Positions 17,627 to 26,780 of a stretch of 64,000 bases of DNA are shown here, one piece after another. The notes under the pieces were generated by a model. That model made no database searches. It worked only from the letters and a program-made list of their open reading frames with translations, and was not told where the DNA came from. The DNA lies in assembly GCA_965221695.1 (NCBI GenBank), contig OZ244905.1, positions 96,001 to 160,000 of the forward strand. The letters are read 5' to 3'. Position 1 is the stretch's first letter, and every line of letters starts with the position of its first letter. A program made the position numbers and the translations under genes. This stretch comes from Gammaproteobacteria bacterium (GTDB lineage Bacteria; Pseudomonadota; Gammaproteobacteria; Eutrophobiales; Eutrophobiaceae).

Positions 17627-20011
17627 TCACTGCCCGTATGACCAGGTGAGCTGGGCGCCGATGGTGCGGGGCTGAACAGTATACTGCCTGATCGTGTCCG
17701 GTCCCGCAGAGCTGTCTATATCGATAATCGCACGCTTATCGGTTACGTTGTTTACGAAGATACGCAACCCCAGGTTGTCATGGCGGAAGTCGGCGCTGAG
17801 GTTTAACAGGAAATAATCGCCGATATCGATAAAACCGGGGAAGTTCTCATTGAAGAAAGTATCCGATTCTCCGACGTAAGAAAAATTGCCGCGCAGTGAC
17901 GCTTCGACATTGTTCAACATAGTGACCGGAAAGGTATACTCCATCATGCCGGAAAACGCCCATTCAGGCACTTTCGGTACGTTATCGCCGTCTCTTCCCA
18001 GAGGCGGGTTAAAGCCCGGCGCGGACAACCCGGGATCGATAGCCTGATCTTTGGTCAACTCTGCGTCGAGCCAGGCGGCGCCCAGATGCAGCGCAAATTG
18101 CTCTGTCGGCCGGGCGGACAATTCTACTTCCACCCCGTCAACTTCGGCCTCTGCTGCGTTCGAGATATACTCCACCGCGCCGGTAGGTTCGACTCCGGGG
18201 ACCTGTATATCATCCCAGAACATTTTGAAGTAGGTTGCATTCAGGATCACCCGATCATCGTGCCAGGCGGTTTTGGCGCCGAATTCAACACTAAGGACCT
18301 CATCGGACGTAAATGAGGAGGGAATGACGATCCCGAAGGCCGATGCGGTCGATGCATCGTTGATGCCGCCCTGCCTGAAACCGGTTGCCCCGCGCACATA
18401 GTACATCTGGTTGTCGTTCGGGGAGAATGACAGACTCGCATCCCAGGTGATCTCATCTTCTTTGGAGGTGTCATCAACAGAGACTATAGGCGTAGTCTGG
18501 ATCGGACCGCCGAACAGAGGCGGGATGGTAAACGCAACACTGCCCTGGAATGCCTGCAAGGTCTGTTCCAGGTTATCCTGTTTTGAATCGAAATAGCGCA
18601 CTCCGCCACCCAGACTGAATTGTTCAGTGATGTCAACATCAACATGGCCGAATAGCGCGAAGAATTCAAAATCGATATCCTGGCTGCGAGCGAACGCCAG
18701 GGAAGCGGCGGCTAATTCCGGATCAGTGATACATTCATCCCGGCTGAAGCAGACAGGAATGCCGGTAGCGATGTCTCCGGCCAGGATGTCCAACTCGGAG
18801 TAGGTCTCATCATCTTCATAGAAAAAACCGCCGACGAAATTGACAGGACCATCCAGATCGGAACTGAAGCGTATCTCTGCGTTGAGCACATCACGGTTTT
18901 GGAACTGGTGAATGCCGTAAGAGCCGAGCGGCGGGCCGAAAGCCGGGGGGAAACCGAATGACATGGCAGTGGGCGAAGTATCCTCGAGAAACTCAACATC
19001 ACGCTCAAATTTGGATACGGAAGCGAGAATCGATCCAAAACCCAGGTCGTAATCGATGGTCAGGCCATACATGTCTATATCATCGCCGTAAGGCTCTTGG
19101 TGGGCATTTGAAGTTTTTAGCTCGCCGTAACGACCGTCGAACGCAGGGATAAAATAGGGGAACGGCACGACGATGACCTGGGTCGGAGTGAGCAGACCAC
19201 TGGCTACCGGCGCATAGTGCTGGACGCCGTCAACATTCGTTTCCTGCATCTGGTAAAACGCGTCGATGGTCAGGTCTTCGTTCGGCGTCCAGCGCCCCAT
19301 GATACGGCCGCCGGTGATTTCTGAATCATTCACATTCTTTAGCTCCGTAACCCCGTTCAACCCGGCATACTGGTCTATGTAACCGCCTTGTTCCTTTTGC
19401 CAGCCCACCAGGCGCAAGGCCAGGGTGTCAGCTACCAGCGGCACATTGATGGCGGTGTTCACCGAGTAACCCTCGTCGCCATGTTCAACAGTTTCAATCC
19501 CTGCAGAGACAGACATTTCGAACCCGGAAGCATCCGGTTTGTTGGTGATAATCCTTACCACGCCGCTCATGGAACTGGCGCCGAACAAGGCGCCTTGGGG
19601 TCCTTTTAACACCTCAATGCGGGCAATATCATAGGCGCCTATATCGGGAGTGCGACCACCGCCGTCCTGGAAATTACCGCCGGTAATAGGCGATTCATCA
19701 AAATAGACGCCAACAGTGCTGTCGCCTGGCGAAGAAATACCCCGAATAATTAACTGGGTATCGCCGGCGCCCTGAGTGGCGTACTGCAGTGAAGGCTCCA
19801 GTCGAGAGAAATCCTCCAGCGAACGCAGGTTATGTTTTTCAATAGTGTCCCCACCGATGGCGCTGATTCCTCCAGCTATGTCTTGCGCCGATACTTCCCC
19901 CCGCTTGGTTGCGGTTACGATGATTTCCTCGATGGTCGTCTGGGCTGATATATCAGACAGATAGAGCGCACACAGAACCGCGCTGGCGAGATATTTGTTG
20001 ATGTTTTTCAT
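17627..20011 (-). CDS. TonB-dependent receptor
   Basis: Signal peptide, IEEIIVTATKR TonB box, RIEVLKGPQGALFG plug motif, C-terminal PRTIG beta-strand. Confidence 0.92.
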   Translation of the reverse strand: MKNINKYLASAVLCALYLSDISAQTTIEEIIVTATKRGEVSAQDIAGGISAIGGDTIEKHNLRSLEDFSRLEPSLQYATQGAGDTQLIIRGISSPGDSTVGVYFDESPITGGNFQDGGGRTPDIGAYDIARIEVLKGPQGALFGASSMSGVVRIITNKPDASGFEMSVSAGIETVEHGDEGYSVNTAINVPLVADTLALRLVGWQKEQGGYIDQYAGLNGVTELKNVNDSEITGGRIMGRWTPNEDLTIDAFYQMQETNVDGVQHYAPVASGLLTPTQVIVVPFPYFIPAFDGRYGELKTSNAHQEPYGDDIDMYGLTIDYDLGFGSILASVSKFERDVEFLEDTSPTAMSFGFPPAFGPPLGSYGIHQFQNRDVLNAEIRFSSDLDGPVNFVGGFFYEDDETYSELDILAGDIATGIPVCFSRDECITDPELAAASLAFARSQDIDFEFFALFGHVDVDITEQFSLGGGVRYFDSKQDNLEQTLQAFQGSVAFTIPPLFGGPIQTTPIVSVDDTSKEDEITWDASLSFSPNDNQMYYVRGATGFRQGGINDASTASAFGIVIPSSFTSDEVLSVEFGAKTAWHDDRVILNATYFKMFWDDIQVPGVEPTGAVEYISNAAEAEVDGVEVELSARPTEQFALHLGAAWLDAELTKDQAIDPGLSAPGFNPPLGRDGDNVPKVPEWAFSGMMEYTFPVTMLNNVEASLRGNFSYVGESDTFFNENFPGFIDIGDYFLLNLSADFRHDNLGLRIFVNNVTDKRAIIDIDSSAGPDTIRQYTVQPRTIGAQLTWSYGQ

Positions 20012-20111
20012 ATCGTCCCCCGTATGTTAATACTGCGATATACAAAAACTGGCATTAATCAGTGTAGAATAACTCACTATAGAAATTATACATAAAATTA
20101 TCAATAATTAA

Positions 20112-20148
20112 TTAAGGAATCTCTGACTTAATCTCAGAGGTTCCTTAA
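20112..20148. repeat. Minimal family-1 MITE-like unit (two head-to-head TIRs)
   Basis: TTAA-GGAATCTCTGA-cttaatc-TCAGAGGTTCC-TTAA. Confidence 0.8.
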
Positions 20149-20203
20149 CAAGACTGACGCTGATATTGATAGCCATCCATAGCGCTGCGCGAGGAGACAT
20201 AAA

Positions 20204-21805
20204 ATGAATCTCGACAAACCCGGGACGACAACCATCGACGAGCTGCAGGACAGCCATAATCCGCAAATGACGCCTGCAGATCTGCGCGAGTTTATCGATC
20301 TGCTGCAGGAAGAAGATGAAATTATTGTTGTAAAAGAAGCCGTTAATCCACGTGATTTTGAGTTGTCCGCGATTGTGCAACATAGCGAGAACGGGCCGAA
20401 CAAAGCGGTATTATTTGAACATGTCAAGGGTTTTGACATGCCGGTGGTGGCGAACCTGTACGGAACGATTCACAGGACCGCGATGGCTCTGGGAATCACC
20501 CCCACTGATGAGCAGATCAGAAGATACTATGACGATCCCCGCGGCAGTCCCGGGGCGTTGGCCGGCATGTCGGGCCGCAAAATGAATGGGTTTTCAATGG
20601 AGCCGCGTTCACGCGCGGAACTTATCCTGATAAAAGAACTGTTGATGGATGCCGACCGGCGCGCCTACAACAAGGAAATGCCCTATGTCATGACCTCTTC
20701 GGCTTCCTGTCAGGAGGTGGTAATCAAGAAGAATATCGATGTGTTGGGATTGTTGCCGGTAGTCTGGCACCTTAAACAGGATGCCGGCCCCTACATCACA
20801 CCTGGCGGATTGGTGCAAAAAGATCCCGACAACGGTCTGCTGAATATTGGCGTGCGGCGGCACATGGTCAGTCATGAGCGCTATGCGCCAAATCAGATCG
20901 GCGTCCAAATCGGCACGCAGACGCCAGGCGGCAAGATCATCCAGAAATATCATGACCGTGGCGAGCCCTGCCCGATGGCGATCTGCCTGGGACCGGATCC
21001 AGCCACCCAGATTTTATCGACTTATTCATCGCCCCACTATTGGATGGAGCCTCCGTATAGTGAGTTCGACATGACCGGGGTCATTCGCAATAAACCGTTG
21101 GAACTGGTGAAGTGCAAGACCATCGACCTGGAAGTACCTGCCAATACGGAAATCGTGATCGAAGGTTTGTCACCACCGCCGCCGGATAACAAGATTGATG
21201 AAGGTCCCATGATGGAGTTTACCGATTATTCGGGCACAGTGGTCGAGGCAATTCCTTATATGGAGGTTACTGCTATCACTCACAGGAACAACCCCATATT
21301 TCATACCTGTATGTCCGGTAATTCCGAAGAACACCGGGTGGGTTGCATCTGGTCTTTCTTCGGCTATGAACAGATGGGGTTGGAATTGATCAAGAAGCAG
21401 TTTCCCCATGTCGTGGATATCGGTATTTTTGCCGGTTCCCACGGTTTTCACGCGGTCGTTTCAATGAAGAAGACCTACGAGGGCGAGGATCGGCAAGTGC
21501 TCCAGTATCTGCTGGCTACCCAGTACTTCAAGTTTGTTACCGTAGTGGACGATGATATCGATCCCCATAACAGCGAACAGGTGGAATGGGCAAAAGCCAC
21601 CCGCGCCGGACGCCGGCCCGAGGATTACATCATCTCACCGCAGATGCCCACCTGGGAGATGGACCCGGAGATCGACCAGCACTGGCGGGTCACCAAGCTG
21701 GGAATCCTGGCCACCCGCGACATTAATGAGAACTATACTCAACCGGCGCCGGACTTGGCAATGATGGAAAAAATGCGCGCGGTATTTGAAAAGTATGTGG
21801 CTTAG
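20204..21805 (+). CDS. UbiD family prFMN-dependent (de)carboxylase
   Basis: DLREFIDLL, DAGPYIT, LNIG..R, VKCKTIDLEVPA..EIVIEG, EGPMME, VVDDDID. Confidence 0.88.
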   Translation: MNLDKPGTTTIDELQDSHNPQMTPADLREFIDLLQEEDEIIVVKEAVNPRDFELSAIVQHSENGPNKAVLFEHVKGFDMPVVANLYGTIHRTAMALGITPTDEQIRRYYDDPRGSPGALAGMSGRKMNGFSMEPRSRAELILIKELLMDADRRAYNKEMPYVMTSSASCQEVVIKKNIDVLGLLPVVWHLKQDAGPYITPGGLVQKDPDNGLLNIGVRRHMVSHERYAPNQIGVQIGTQTPGGKIIQKYHDRGEPCPMAICLGPDPATQILSTYSSPHYWMEPPYSEFDMTGVIRNKPLELVKCKTIDLEVPANTEIVIEGLSPPPPDNKIDEGPMMEFTDYSGTVVEAIPYMEVTAITHRNNPIFHTCMSGNSEEHRVGCIWSFFGYEQMGLELIKKQFPHVVDIGIFAGSHGFHAVVSMKKTYEGEDRQVLQYLLATQYFKFVTVVDDDIDPHNSEQVEWAKATRAGRRPEDYIISPQMPTWEMDPEIDQHWRVTKLGILATRDINENYTQPAPDLAMMEKMRAVFEKYVA

Positions 21806-21827
21806 TGGCGCGTAATGCGCGCCCCGG

Positions 21828-23174
21828 TCAGAAATCAGGGATCTTGTCGACACCCGGCACTATCGCCACCTGTTCAAAGTCTTCGCCGAAAGGCCGGGTG
21901 GCATCGATGCCCATGACGGAATAGCTGCCGTCGTCTGGCGCTGAAGGATCGAGTTGCCAGAGGGTCATACGCGGCAGGATCATTACGTCTTTCTGCGCTT
22001 GCGCCCGGGTACAGATCGCCCACATAACCTTGTCCATGTCATGGATATCGATATCTTCGTCCACAACCACGGCAAGTTTGCTGCCTTGGGATCCCAGCAG
22101 GGTTGCCAGGACTTGCCTGGCCTCGTTCCTGGCATATTGTTTCATCGCGACGATGCACATCAGCCCGACCCCCCCGGCGCCGTGAAAATGCGTCCGTTTG
22201 ACACCGGCAAACTTGCGTTTTAGCATGGCGTAGCAGGAGGCTTCCATCGGGATCATTTTCAATACGTGGTTGTCGGTTACCGGCACGCCGCTCATTCCGG
22301 CAAGCAGGATAGGATCGTGGCGGTGGGTGATCGCGCTAACCTCCAGAACGGGTTTGGGCGACCCTTGAGTGTAGTAGCCGGTGTATTCTCCAAACGGGCC
22401 TTCATGTTCCCGGATACCAGGCAGCATGCTGCCCTCAATAATAATTTCCGCGCTAGCGGGCACTTCCAGGTCTACGGTCTGACATTTGACCACCTCCAGC
22501 GGTTCGTCCAGCAATGCGCCGGCCAGGGTCAGCTCGTCAACGCCATAGCCCGCTTCCCACTGGGTCGCAATCAAGGCGCTGGGAGCAACTCCCAGAGCAA
22601 TAGCGAGTTCCAGCGGTTCATCCAGCGCTTCCGCTTTCCGGTAATGTACTCCCAGGTGATGAGGCGGTGGCGACAGCACGCCCAGGCGTCGTTTGTCCAG
22701 CACCTGGTGGCGGTATATGGAGGCATTTTTGCCGCCATCTTCGGGATCTTTGCTGATAGCGACACCCAAGGTGATGAACGGGCCGCCGTCCAGTTCACAA
22801 TAGGTTGGGACGGGAAAAGCGGTTAAATCCGCCTCGTCTCCCAGGTGTATCACCTCGTTGCAGGGTCCTTGTTCGATTAGCCGATGTTCCTTCAGGTTGT
22901 CGATGGCATCGAGATATTTGTTATTGGCCTCCAGTTCGGTCGTCTCCAGCGCCTCCAGCATCAAGCGCCGGTTTGCGAACAGTCCGCCCGCAACCCGCAT
23001 CTTATGACCTTTAATGTTCTCGAATAACAGGGCTGGTCCTTCATCGCCCATATCCGAGGCTTTGCGCAAGTAGGCTGCCAACTCATATTCCAGCGCCACC
23101 TCATTGCTGATCCGAACCAGTTTGCCGCTTGCTTCCAGATGCTCAAGGAAGCCGCGCAGGTCTTTGAAGGCCAT
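21828..23174 (-). CDS. UbiD family prFMN-dependent (de)carboxylase
   Basis: DLRGFL, DGGPFIT, NASIYR, EGPFGEYTGY, VVDEDID, GIDAT. Confidence 0.92.
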   Translation of the reverse strand: MAFKDLRGFLEHLEASGKLVRISNEVALEYELAAYLRKASDMGDEGPALLFENIKGHKMRVAGGLFANRRLMLEALETTELEANNKYLDAIDNLKEHRLIEQGPCNEVIHLGDEADLTAFPVPTYCELDGGPFITLGVAISKDPEDGGKNASIYRHQVLDKRRLGVLSPPPHHLGVHYRKAEALDEPLELAIALGVAPSALIATQWEAGYGVDELTLAGALLDEPLEVVKCQTVDLEVPASAEIIIEGSMLPGIREHEGPFGEYTGYYTQGSPKPVLEVSAITHRHDPILLAGMSGVPVTDNHVLKMIPMEASCYAMLKRKFAGVKRTHFHGAGGVGLMCIVAMKQYARNEARQVLATLLGSQGSKLAVVVDEDIDIHDMDKVMWAICTRAQAQKDVMILPRMTLWQLDPSAPDDGSYSVMGIDATRPFGEDFEQVAIVPGVDKIPDF

Positions 23175-23189
23175 TATTCTTCCTCTTAG

Positions 23190-23993
23190 TCAGGCCTGCG
23201 GGACATCTTCCACCTGTACCCGAAAACCGGAACGAACATGGGGAAAATAATCCCAGACCGCAAGGTGCTGGGTGCAGCGGTTATCCCAGAAGGCCACGGA
23301 ATGGGGTTCCCAGCGGAACCGGACATGGAAGTAGGGATCTTCGATCTGTTGGAACAGAAATTCAAGTATATGCCGGCCCTCGCGCTCGTCCAGTTCGTTG
23401 ATATGGCTGGTGAAACCGCGGTTGACATAAATGACTTTACGTCCGGATACGGGATGCGCGCGGATTAGCGGGTGCACCGCTTTAGGGTATTTGCCATGGG
23501 GATCAAACCGGCCAAAAGCAATCATGCCGTCATGAGTGGCGGTCAAGCCCTCCAGATAGCTCTTCATCCCGTCGGACAGGGCGTCGTAGGCCGCGTACAT
23601 GCTGGAAAAAACTGTATCGCCGCCCATGGGGGGCAGTGTGTGCAGGTAAAGAATGCTGCCCATGGGCGGAACCTCGGCGCAGGACATATCGGTATGCCAT
23701 TCTTCGCCGGATACATGTTTTGAATTTTCATCCGCATGCAGCTTGCGCACTTCCGGATGATCCGGTAATCCTTTCAAGGCATGTTTCTGCAATGGACCGA
23801 AATACAGTCCGACCCGCTTCAACGAAGCCGGGTCCAGGGCCTGGTCGCGGAAGAAAATCACCAGGTGCGCGGTCAGCGCCTTGTGCAGATCTTCCAATTG
23901 CGCGTCATTCAGCGGTTGCCCCAGGTTGATGCCAGATACGACCGCCCCGATCCGGGGAGTCAATGGCGCCACTTGAATCGTTTGGTATGTCAT
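23190..23993 (-). CDS. TauD/TfdA family Fe(II)/2-oxoglutarate dioxygenase
   Basis: WHTD, GGDT.F, HP..R.HP.SGRK, WDNRCTQH. Confidence 0.92.
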   Translation of the reverse strand: MTYQTIQVAPLTPRIGAVVSGINLGQPLNDAQLEDLHKALTAHLVIFFRDQALDPASLKRVGLYFGPLQKHALKGLPDHPEVRKLHADENSKHVSGEEWHTDMSCAEVPPMGSILYLHTLPPMGGDTVFSSMYAAYDALSDGMKSYLEGLTATHDGMIAFGRFDPHGKYPKAVHPLIRAHPVSGRKVIYVNRGFTSHINELDEREGRHILEFLFQQIEDPYFHVRFRWEPHSVAFWDNRCTQHLAVWDYFPHVRSGFRVQVEDVPQA

Positions 23994-24028
23994 GCTTGCA
24001 TCCCCTTGAATTCCGGTATAATCGTTAA

Positions 24029-24179
24029 GGAACCTCTGATTAAGTCAGAGGTTCCTACGATACAAGGATGTATCGGCAATATCAATGACTGTAAGGCATT
24101 GATATTGTGAGGAAAACAAAAATCGCATTTTTGTTTTCCGTACTCTGACAAGTCCAGGATGGACTTGTTCAGAGTTTCC
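24029..24179 (+). mobile_element. Full-length 151-bp five-hairpin family-1 MITE-like element
   Basis: Ends GGAACCTCTGA...TCAGAGTTTCC with TTAA on both sides; near-identical inverted copy at 46508-46658. Confidence 0.85.
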
Positions 24180-24224
24180 TTAATAATATCATAAATAATT
24201 TAAGGGGAAGGGCAGTCCTGGGAT

Positions 24225-25445
24225 ATGTACAGAAGCAATCAACACCTGATCCAGGGAACTCTGATGGTCACGCTCGGATTATTGCTCGTGTTCATCATCG
24301 GGATATTATCCGATACGTTGTTCTGGGATCGTTACCTGAATGCCTATACGTTCAAGACCTTTGTAGAGAATCCGTTTCCTACCGTGGAACGGTTATACCC
24401 ACAGGAACGGGTGGCTGGGAGCGATGACCCAATAACATTCCCTTATGCGGAGGCCGGAACAAGGACAATATCTGATGACGCGCTGGACCAGGCAATGGCT
24501 TTTGCTGAAGCAAGCAATTCGACGTCACTGATTATTTCCCACAAAGGCATTATCCAACTTGAGAAGTACTGGAAGGGGGAGGGCGCCGATCAGGTTGTAT
24601 ATTCTTTTTCCATGCACAAGAGCATAGTCGCGTTGCTGCTGGGGATTGCTATTGCGGAAGGCCATATCGGTGATATCGATGAGCCTTTGGCCAAATACCT
24701 GCCGGCATGGCGCGATGATGCGCGCGCCCGTATCTCTCTGCGCCACGCGCTGCAGATGAACAGTGGTCTTGAGCCAATGAGCTTTCCGAGTAATCCGTTT
24801 TCCAAGCACGTCAGACGGCAGATCGGGACAGACCTCGCGGCCACAGCGTTGAGCTTTCGCTTGGAGAACGAACCAGGCAGCGTGTTCGACTATAACGGCG
24901 TCAACCCCACATTGCTGGTCATGGTCATCGAAGGCGCCACCGGCCGTCGCTATGCCGAATACCTTTCCGAAAAACTGTGGCGGCCGGCGGGCAACGAGGA
25001 CGCGTCGCTGTGGCTGGATCGTCCGGGAGGCCTAGCCCGGGGCGCGACCTCGTTGTACGCAAAACCGATGGACTGGCTGCGTATAGGTCAAATGCTGCTT
25101 GACAACGGACGCGCGGACGGCGCGCAGATCATACCGGAAGCATGGTTGCGGGAGCTGACCACGCCATCGCCGACCAACTCCCGTTACGGTTTATTGACCT
25201 GGATTGGCGCCGACTACGTGCAAACCCGCACCCTGGATGCCTTCGAGGGGTTCGCCGCGGTGGCCGAGCAACCTTTTGATGCGGGCGATATTATTTATTT
25301 TGATGGTCTGGGGGGGCAGCGGGTGTACGTCATCCCGTCGGCGGAACTGGTCATCGTCAGAACCGGAACACTCGCCTGGGAATGGAATGAGACCCGTTTG
25401 CCAAACCTGGCGCTTGCGGGTATTACAGAGACCTCATCACAGTAG
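24225..25445 (+). CDS. Serine hydrolase, beta-lactamase-like (class C/CubicO group), N-terminal membrane anchor
   Basis: FSMHKS (SxxK), PG..FDYN, YLSEKLW.P, DG.GGQ..YV.P. Confidence 0.88.
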   Translation: MYRSNQHLIQGTLMVTLGLLLVFIIGILSDTLFWDRYLNAYTFKTFVENPFPTVERLYPQERVAGSDDPITFPYAEAGTRTISDDALDQAMAFAEASNSTSLIISHKGIIQLEKYWKGEGADQVVYSFSMHKSIVALLLGIAIAEGHIGDIDEPLAKYLPAWRDDARARISLRHALQMNSGLEPMSFPSNPFSKHVRRQIGTDLAATALSFRLENEPGSVFDYNGVNPTLLVMVIEGATGRRYAEYLSEKLWRPAGNEDASLWLDRPGGLARGATSLYAKPMDWLRIGQMLLDNGRADGAQIIPEAWLRELTTPSPTNSRYGLLTWIGADYVQTRTLDAFEGFAAVAEQPFDAGDIIYFDGLGGQRVYVIPSAELVIVRTGTLAWEWNETRLPNLALAGITETSSQ

Positions 25446-25453
25446 GTAACAAC

Positions 25454-26704
25454 ATGAAACAACAGAAACAAGGTATATTTTTCGGATGGTTCGTCGTCGG
25501 CGCGGCCATGCTGTGCATCTCCACAGGGCCGGGGCCGTTTGCCTTTGCCGCGCTGGGTCTGTTTATCATCCCGTTTGAATCAGAGTTCGGCTGGGAACGG
25601 ACCCAGATCAGCGCTTGTCTTACTTTGCTGGTTGGTATGACCGCAGTGTCGCTCCCGATCATTGGTCGTTATGTAGATAGACTGGGGTCGCGCATAATCC
25701 TGTTTCCTTCTCTTGTTATTTTTGCCCTGTGTTTGGCAGCCATACCGACATTTGTCTCTGAACTCTGGCACCTGGTCCTGGTTTTTTTCCTGATAGGAAC
25801 TATCGCGGCAGGGACCAACAGTGTGCCTTACATGCCTATACTGTCCGCCTGGTTTTTTAAATATCGCGGGCTGGCAATCGGCATTTCCATAGCCGGTATC
25901 GGTTTGGGCTACGCTTATGTGCCGCTGCTTCTACAGTACCTGATTGATAATGCCGGATGGCGTTATGGTTACTATGCCATGAGCGGCATTGTCCTGTTTA
26001 TTGCCTTGCCGCTGGTTTATTTTTTCCTGCGGGAATCGCCTGCGGAAATGGGTTTGAAACCGGATGGCCAAAGCTCGGGCAGCGCGCCCAAGGCGACTCG
26101 GAAGGATGTGGGACTGGAAGTAAAGGAAATCCTGAGACATCGTGAATTCTGGATGCTGGTGGCGATATTCGTGGTGTTGTCGTTCGTATTGAACGGTATG
26201 CTGGCGCACCTGGTGCCCATGCTTTCCGACCGGGGTATGGATACCCGGACCGCAGCGGCTGTAGCGGCTACGGAGGGTATTACGGTGTTTCTGAGCCGAA
26301 TCGTCATAGGCTACTTGATCGACCGCTTTTTTGCGCCCTATGTCGCGATGTTCTTTTTCAGCCTGTCCGCTGTCGGCATGGCCATATTTGCGCTGGGCGC
26401 GGTGGACACCATGGCCTTTATCGGCGCCATTTGCGTGGGTCTGAGCCTGGGCGCGGAGGTGGACCTGCTGGCCTACCTGACCGGACGCTATTTCGGATTG
26501 AAATCGTTCGGCACGACTTATGGCCTGCTGTTCTCGGCGGTATTGCTCGGCACCGCTCTGGGGCCGCTTGCTTTTGGGATCGGGTTTGACACCACCGGGT
26601 CATATATCGGCATCCTGACCCTATGCGTAGCGATCAATATTGTGGCTGTGATCCTGTCTGCCTTCCTGGGCAAATACCCGGACTGGGAAAAATCCTCGGC
26701 TTGA
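25454..26704 (+). CDS. MFS transporter (MCT/OFA-like)
   Basis: GRYVDRLGSR motif A, WF.KYRGLAIG, YFG.KSFG; about 12 TM segments. Confidence 0.88.
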   Translation: MKQQKQGIFFGWFVVGAAMLCISTGPGPFAFAALGLFIIPFESEFGWERTQISACLTLLVGMTAVSLPIIGRYVDRLGSRIILFPSLVIFALCLAAIPTFVSELWHLVLVFFLIGTIAAGTNSVPYMPILSAWFFKYRGLAIGISIAGIGLGYAYVPLLLQYLIDNAGWRYGYYAMSGIVLFIALPLVYFFLRESPAEMGLKPDGQSSGSAPKATRKDVGLEVKEILRHREFWMLVAIFVVLSFVLNGMLAHLVPMLSDRGMDTRTAAAVAATEGITVFLSRIVIGYLIDRFFAPYVAMFFFSLSAVGMAIFALGAVDTMAFIGAICVGLSLGAEVDLLAYLTGRYFGLKSFGTTYGLLFSAVLLGTALGPLAFGIGFDTTGSYIGILTLCVAINIVAVILSAFLGKYPDWEKSSA

Positions 26705-26780
26705 TGGCGGTATTCAACTATGTTTTCGCACGCCTGCACAATATATCGGCGCAATCGCCCCCATCACCTGGAGATGAGAT

